The position numbers and the translations under genes were made by a program. The notes beneath the pieces were generated by a model. It did no database searches and was not told the DNA's origin. It saw only the letters and a list, made by a program, of their open reading frames with translations. Positions 16,950-18,159 of a stretch of DNA of 18,159 nt are shown here, piece after piece. Each line of letters opens with the position of its first letter. Positions within the stretch are counted from its first letter, which is position 1. The DNA comes from Tubiluchus corallicola (lineage: Eukaryota > Animalia > Priapulida), in the NCBI GenBank assembly GCA_030141605.1, contig JAQGDQ010002496.1, forward strand, positions 1-18,159, written 5' to 3'.

Positions 16950-17164
16950 AAATATGTGGGGCCGAAAGGGTCCAATCTTATACGACCCCATATATTTGCT
17001 TTAAGGTTTCGTAATATCCGCGTTACGCTCGTTCGTTCTTCCCGTTTATCGGGTGCACGACGGGGTGCACTTCCTGCGCGGGCTCTATGAGCTTCGGGGG
17101 CGTGTGTCCGCGATGGGATATTGCGTTTAAGGGACTGCGACAGGTTTTGTGCGTCCCTTCCTGT
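16950..17164 (-). ncRNA. Candidate second sigma28-dependent small RNA (about 215 nt)
   Basis: Lies downstream of the - strand sigma28-like promoter at 17197-17171. It contains several hairpins and seven GGA triplets, and ends at the long hairpin 16997-16950. No credible ORF is present. Confidence 0.35.
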
Positions 17165-17170
17165 CTTACC

Positions 17171-17197
17171 TGATCGACAGGATATATCGAAACTTTA
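17171..17197 (-). promoter_or_regulatory. Sigma28 (FliA)-like promoter on the - strand
   Basis: The reverse complement reads TAAAGTTT-CGATATATCCT-GTCGATCA: -35 matches 8/8, spacer is exactly 11 nt, -10 matches 6/8 with the CGAT core intact. Confidence 0.7.
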
Positions 17198-17374
17198 ATG
17201 CTTTTTTTTGAATATGTGCTTTTTAAGAGACCCCTACGTGTGGCGTTTGTTTTTTACGCCACTTTAAAGACACTCAATACGGTTTCCAAGGGTGCGGAAG
17301 GCCAGCCATAAGCCCGCCGTCACTCTTGGGGGTCGGAGTGAGTGGCGGATATAAGGTTGGGCGATTTTTGTCGT

Positions 17375-17581
17375 CTTGACTGTGGTTTATGGGTGCTTTT
17401 TGTTGCAGCTGCCGTTTGCCCGGCCGTTTGTGAATGCTGTTTGTTGGGTGTGTGCGGTGTTTTGCTGCTGTGCTTTTGTCGCTGTGACGGTGCCTTGACT
17501 GTGGTTTATGGGTGCTTTTTGTTGTAGCTGCCGTTTGCCTGGCCTTTTGTGAATGCTGTTTGTTGGGTGGTGCGGTGTTTT
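17375..17581 (+). repeat. Direct repeat, 2 copies of about 89 bp separated by 30 bp
   Basis: CTTGACTGTGGTTTATGGGTGC...GCGGTGTTTT at 17375-17463 and 17494-17581, differing by three substitutions and one 1-nt indel. Confidence 0.95.
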
Positions 17582-17875
17582 TTTAGATTTTTACCCGGCT
17601 TTGGGGTTTGCTCAGAGACGGGGTCGTTGTGTTTTGAGTTTGTTGGGCACGTTTGCACTGAAATAATCGGGCGACATCTTCCATGGGGGAGTTGTCGCCT
17701 TTTTGTTTGAATAAAATTTTTGGAGGTATTCATTTTTTGGAGTGCTGGTCTTTTATCAGCATCTTTGATTTGCGGCTTCTTGAGTTGAGTGTGGCATCTA
17801 TTTAAAAGGGGTGTACGGCTCTTCTTAAGGGGAAGGGTAATGGAAAAGTAGAAGTTATACACGGAGGTAGAACTT

Positions 17876-18159
17876 ATGCCGATTATTATTAATAACAACC
17901 CATATGCGTTAAATGCGCAGAAAAGTCTTGGAAGTGCTAACAGTGCTTTGGCTAAGAACGTTAGAAATCTCTCATCCGGCTTGAGGATCAACAGTGCGTC
18001 AGATGACGCATCTGGACTTGCGGTATCTGAGAAGTTGCGTGGTCAGATCAGGGGCTTGCAGAAGGCGTCCATGAACGCCCAAGATGGTATATCGATGCTT
18101 CAAACTGCGGAAGGCGGTGTTGAAGAGATCACAAACATGATTCAGCGTATGCGTGAGCT
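17876..18159 (+). CDS. fliC: Second flagellin, N-terminal part (runs off the window)
   Basis: Absent from the ORF track. Manual translation gives MPIIINNNPYALNAQKSLGSANSALAKNVRNLSSGLRINSASDDASGLAVSEKLRGQIRGLQKASMNAQDGISMLQTAEGGVEEITNMIQRMRE. GGAGG SD at 17863-67. Confidence 0.96.
   Translation, partial: MPIIINNNPYALNAQKSLGSANSALAKNVRNLSSGLRINSASDDASGLAVSEKLRGQIRGLQKASMNAQDGISMLQTAEGGVEEITNMIQRMRE

Noticed and set aside
16811-17014. 67-aa ORF
   Set aside because: It crosses the hairpin+T8 terminator and T runs and has no recognisable protein features.
16310-17200. T-box leader or ArgR box for argC
   Set aside because: I saw no GGTGG.ACC T-box motif on the - strand and no convincing ARG-box palindrome.
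17129-17430. c-di-GMP-I (GEMM) riboswitch suggested by - strand GGGCAAAC and GGGACGCA fragments
   Set aside because: The fragments are about 250 nt apart and lack the GNRA-capped P2 stem that should join them.
17375-17581. CRISPR-like repeat-spacer-repeat (30-nt spacer)
   Set aside because: The repeats are about 89 bp, far longer than CRISPR repeats, low in complexity, and present in only two copies.
17641-17810. Sigma54 promoter for flagellin 2 (GGCACGTTTGC at about 17646; TGGCATCTATTTAAA at about 17792)
   Set aside because: Neither has the required GG-N10-GC spacing.
17342-17991. ORFs 17342-17527 (+) and 17506-17991 (-)
   Set aside because: Both are products of the G/T-skewed repeat or the antisense strand of flagellin 2, with biased composition.

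Overview
Bacterial chromosomal window. The large-flagellin type suggests a Deferribacterota/Synergistota-like lineage, but this is inference only. Bases 1-11217 are a tightly packed + strand run: GspE/PilB ATPase C-terminus, GspF/PilC, lepA, lepB, pyrH (1-nt frameshift in a G run, probably a sequencing error), frr, uppS, cdsA, dxr, rseP and a Maf/DUF115 flagellin glycosyltransferase. Next are a sigma28-driven 816-aa flagellin with a CsrA-type hairpin in its leader, a small YezD/DUF2292-like ORF, a terminator, argJ-argC on the - strand, a 1.57-kb intergenic region, and the start of a second flagellin cut by the window edge. The intergenic region is the most interesting part. It holds two near-consensus sigma28 promoters facing each other, and neither serves a recognisable protein gene. 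The + strand promoter defines a roughly 515-nt unit: three 82-bp tandem repeats, a dense GGA/ANGGA cluster, and a hairpin+U8 terminator. The - strand promoter defines a roughly 215-nt structured unit. These are candidate flagellar-regulon non-coding RNAs, possibly CsrA sponges linked to flagellin translation. That function is a hypothesis and is not demonstrated by the sequence.
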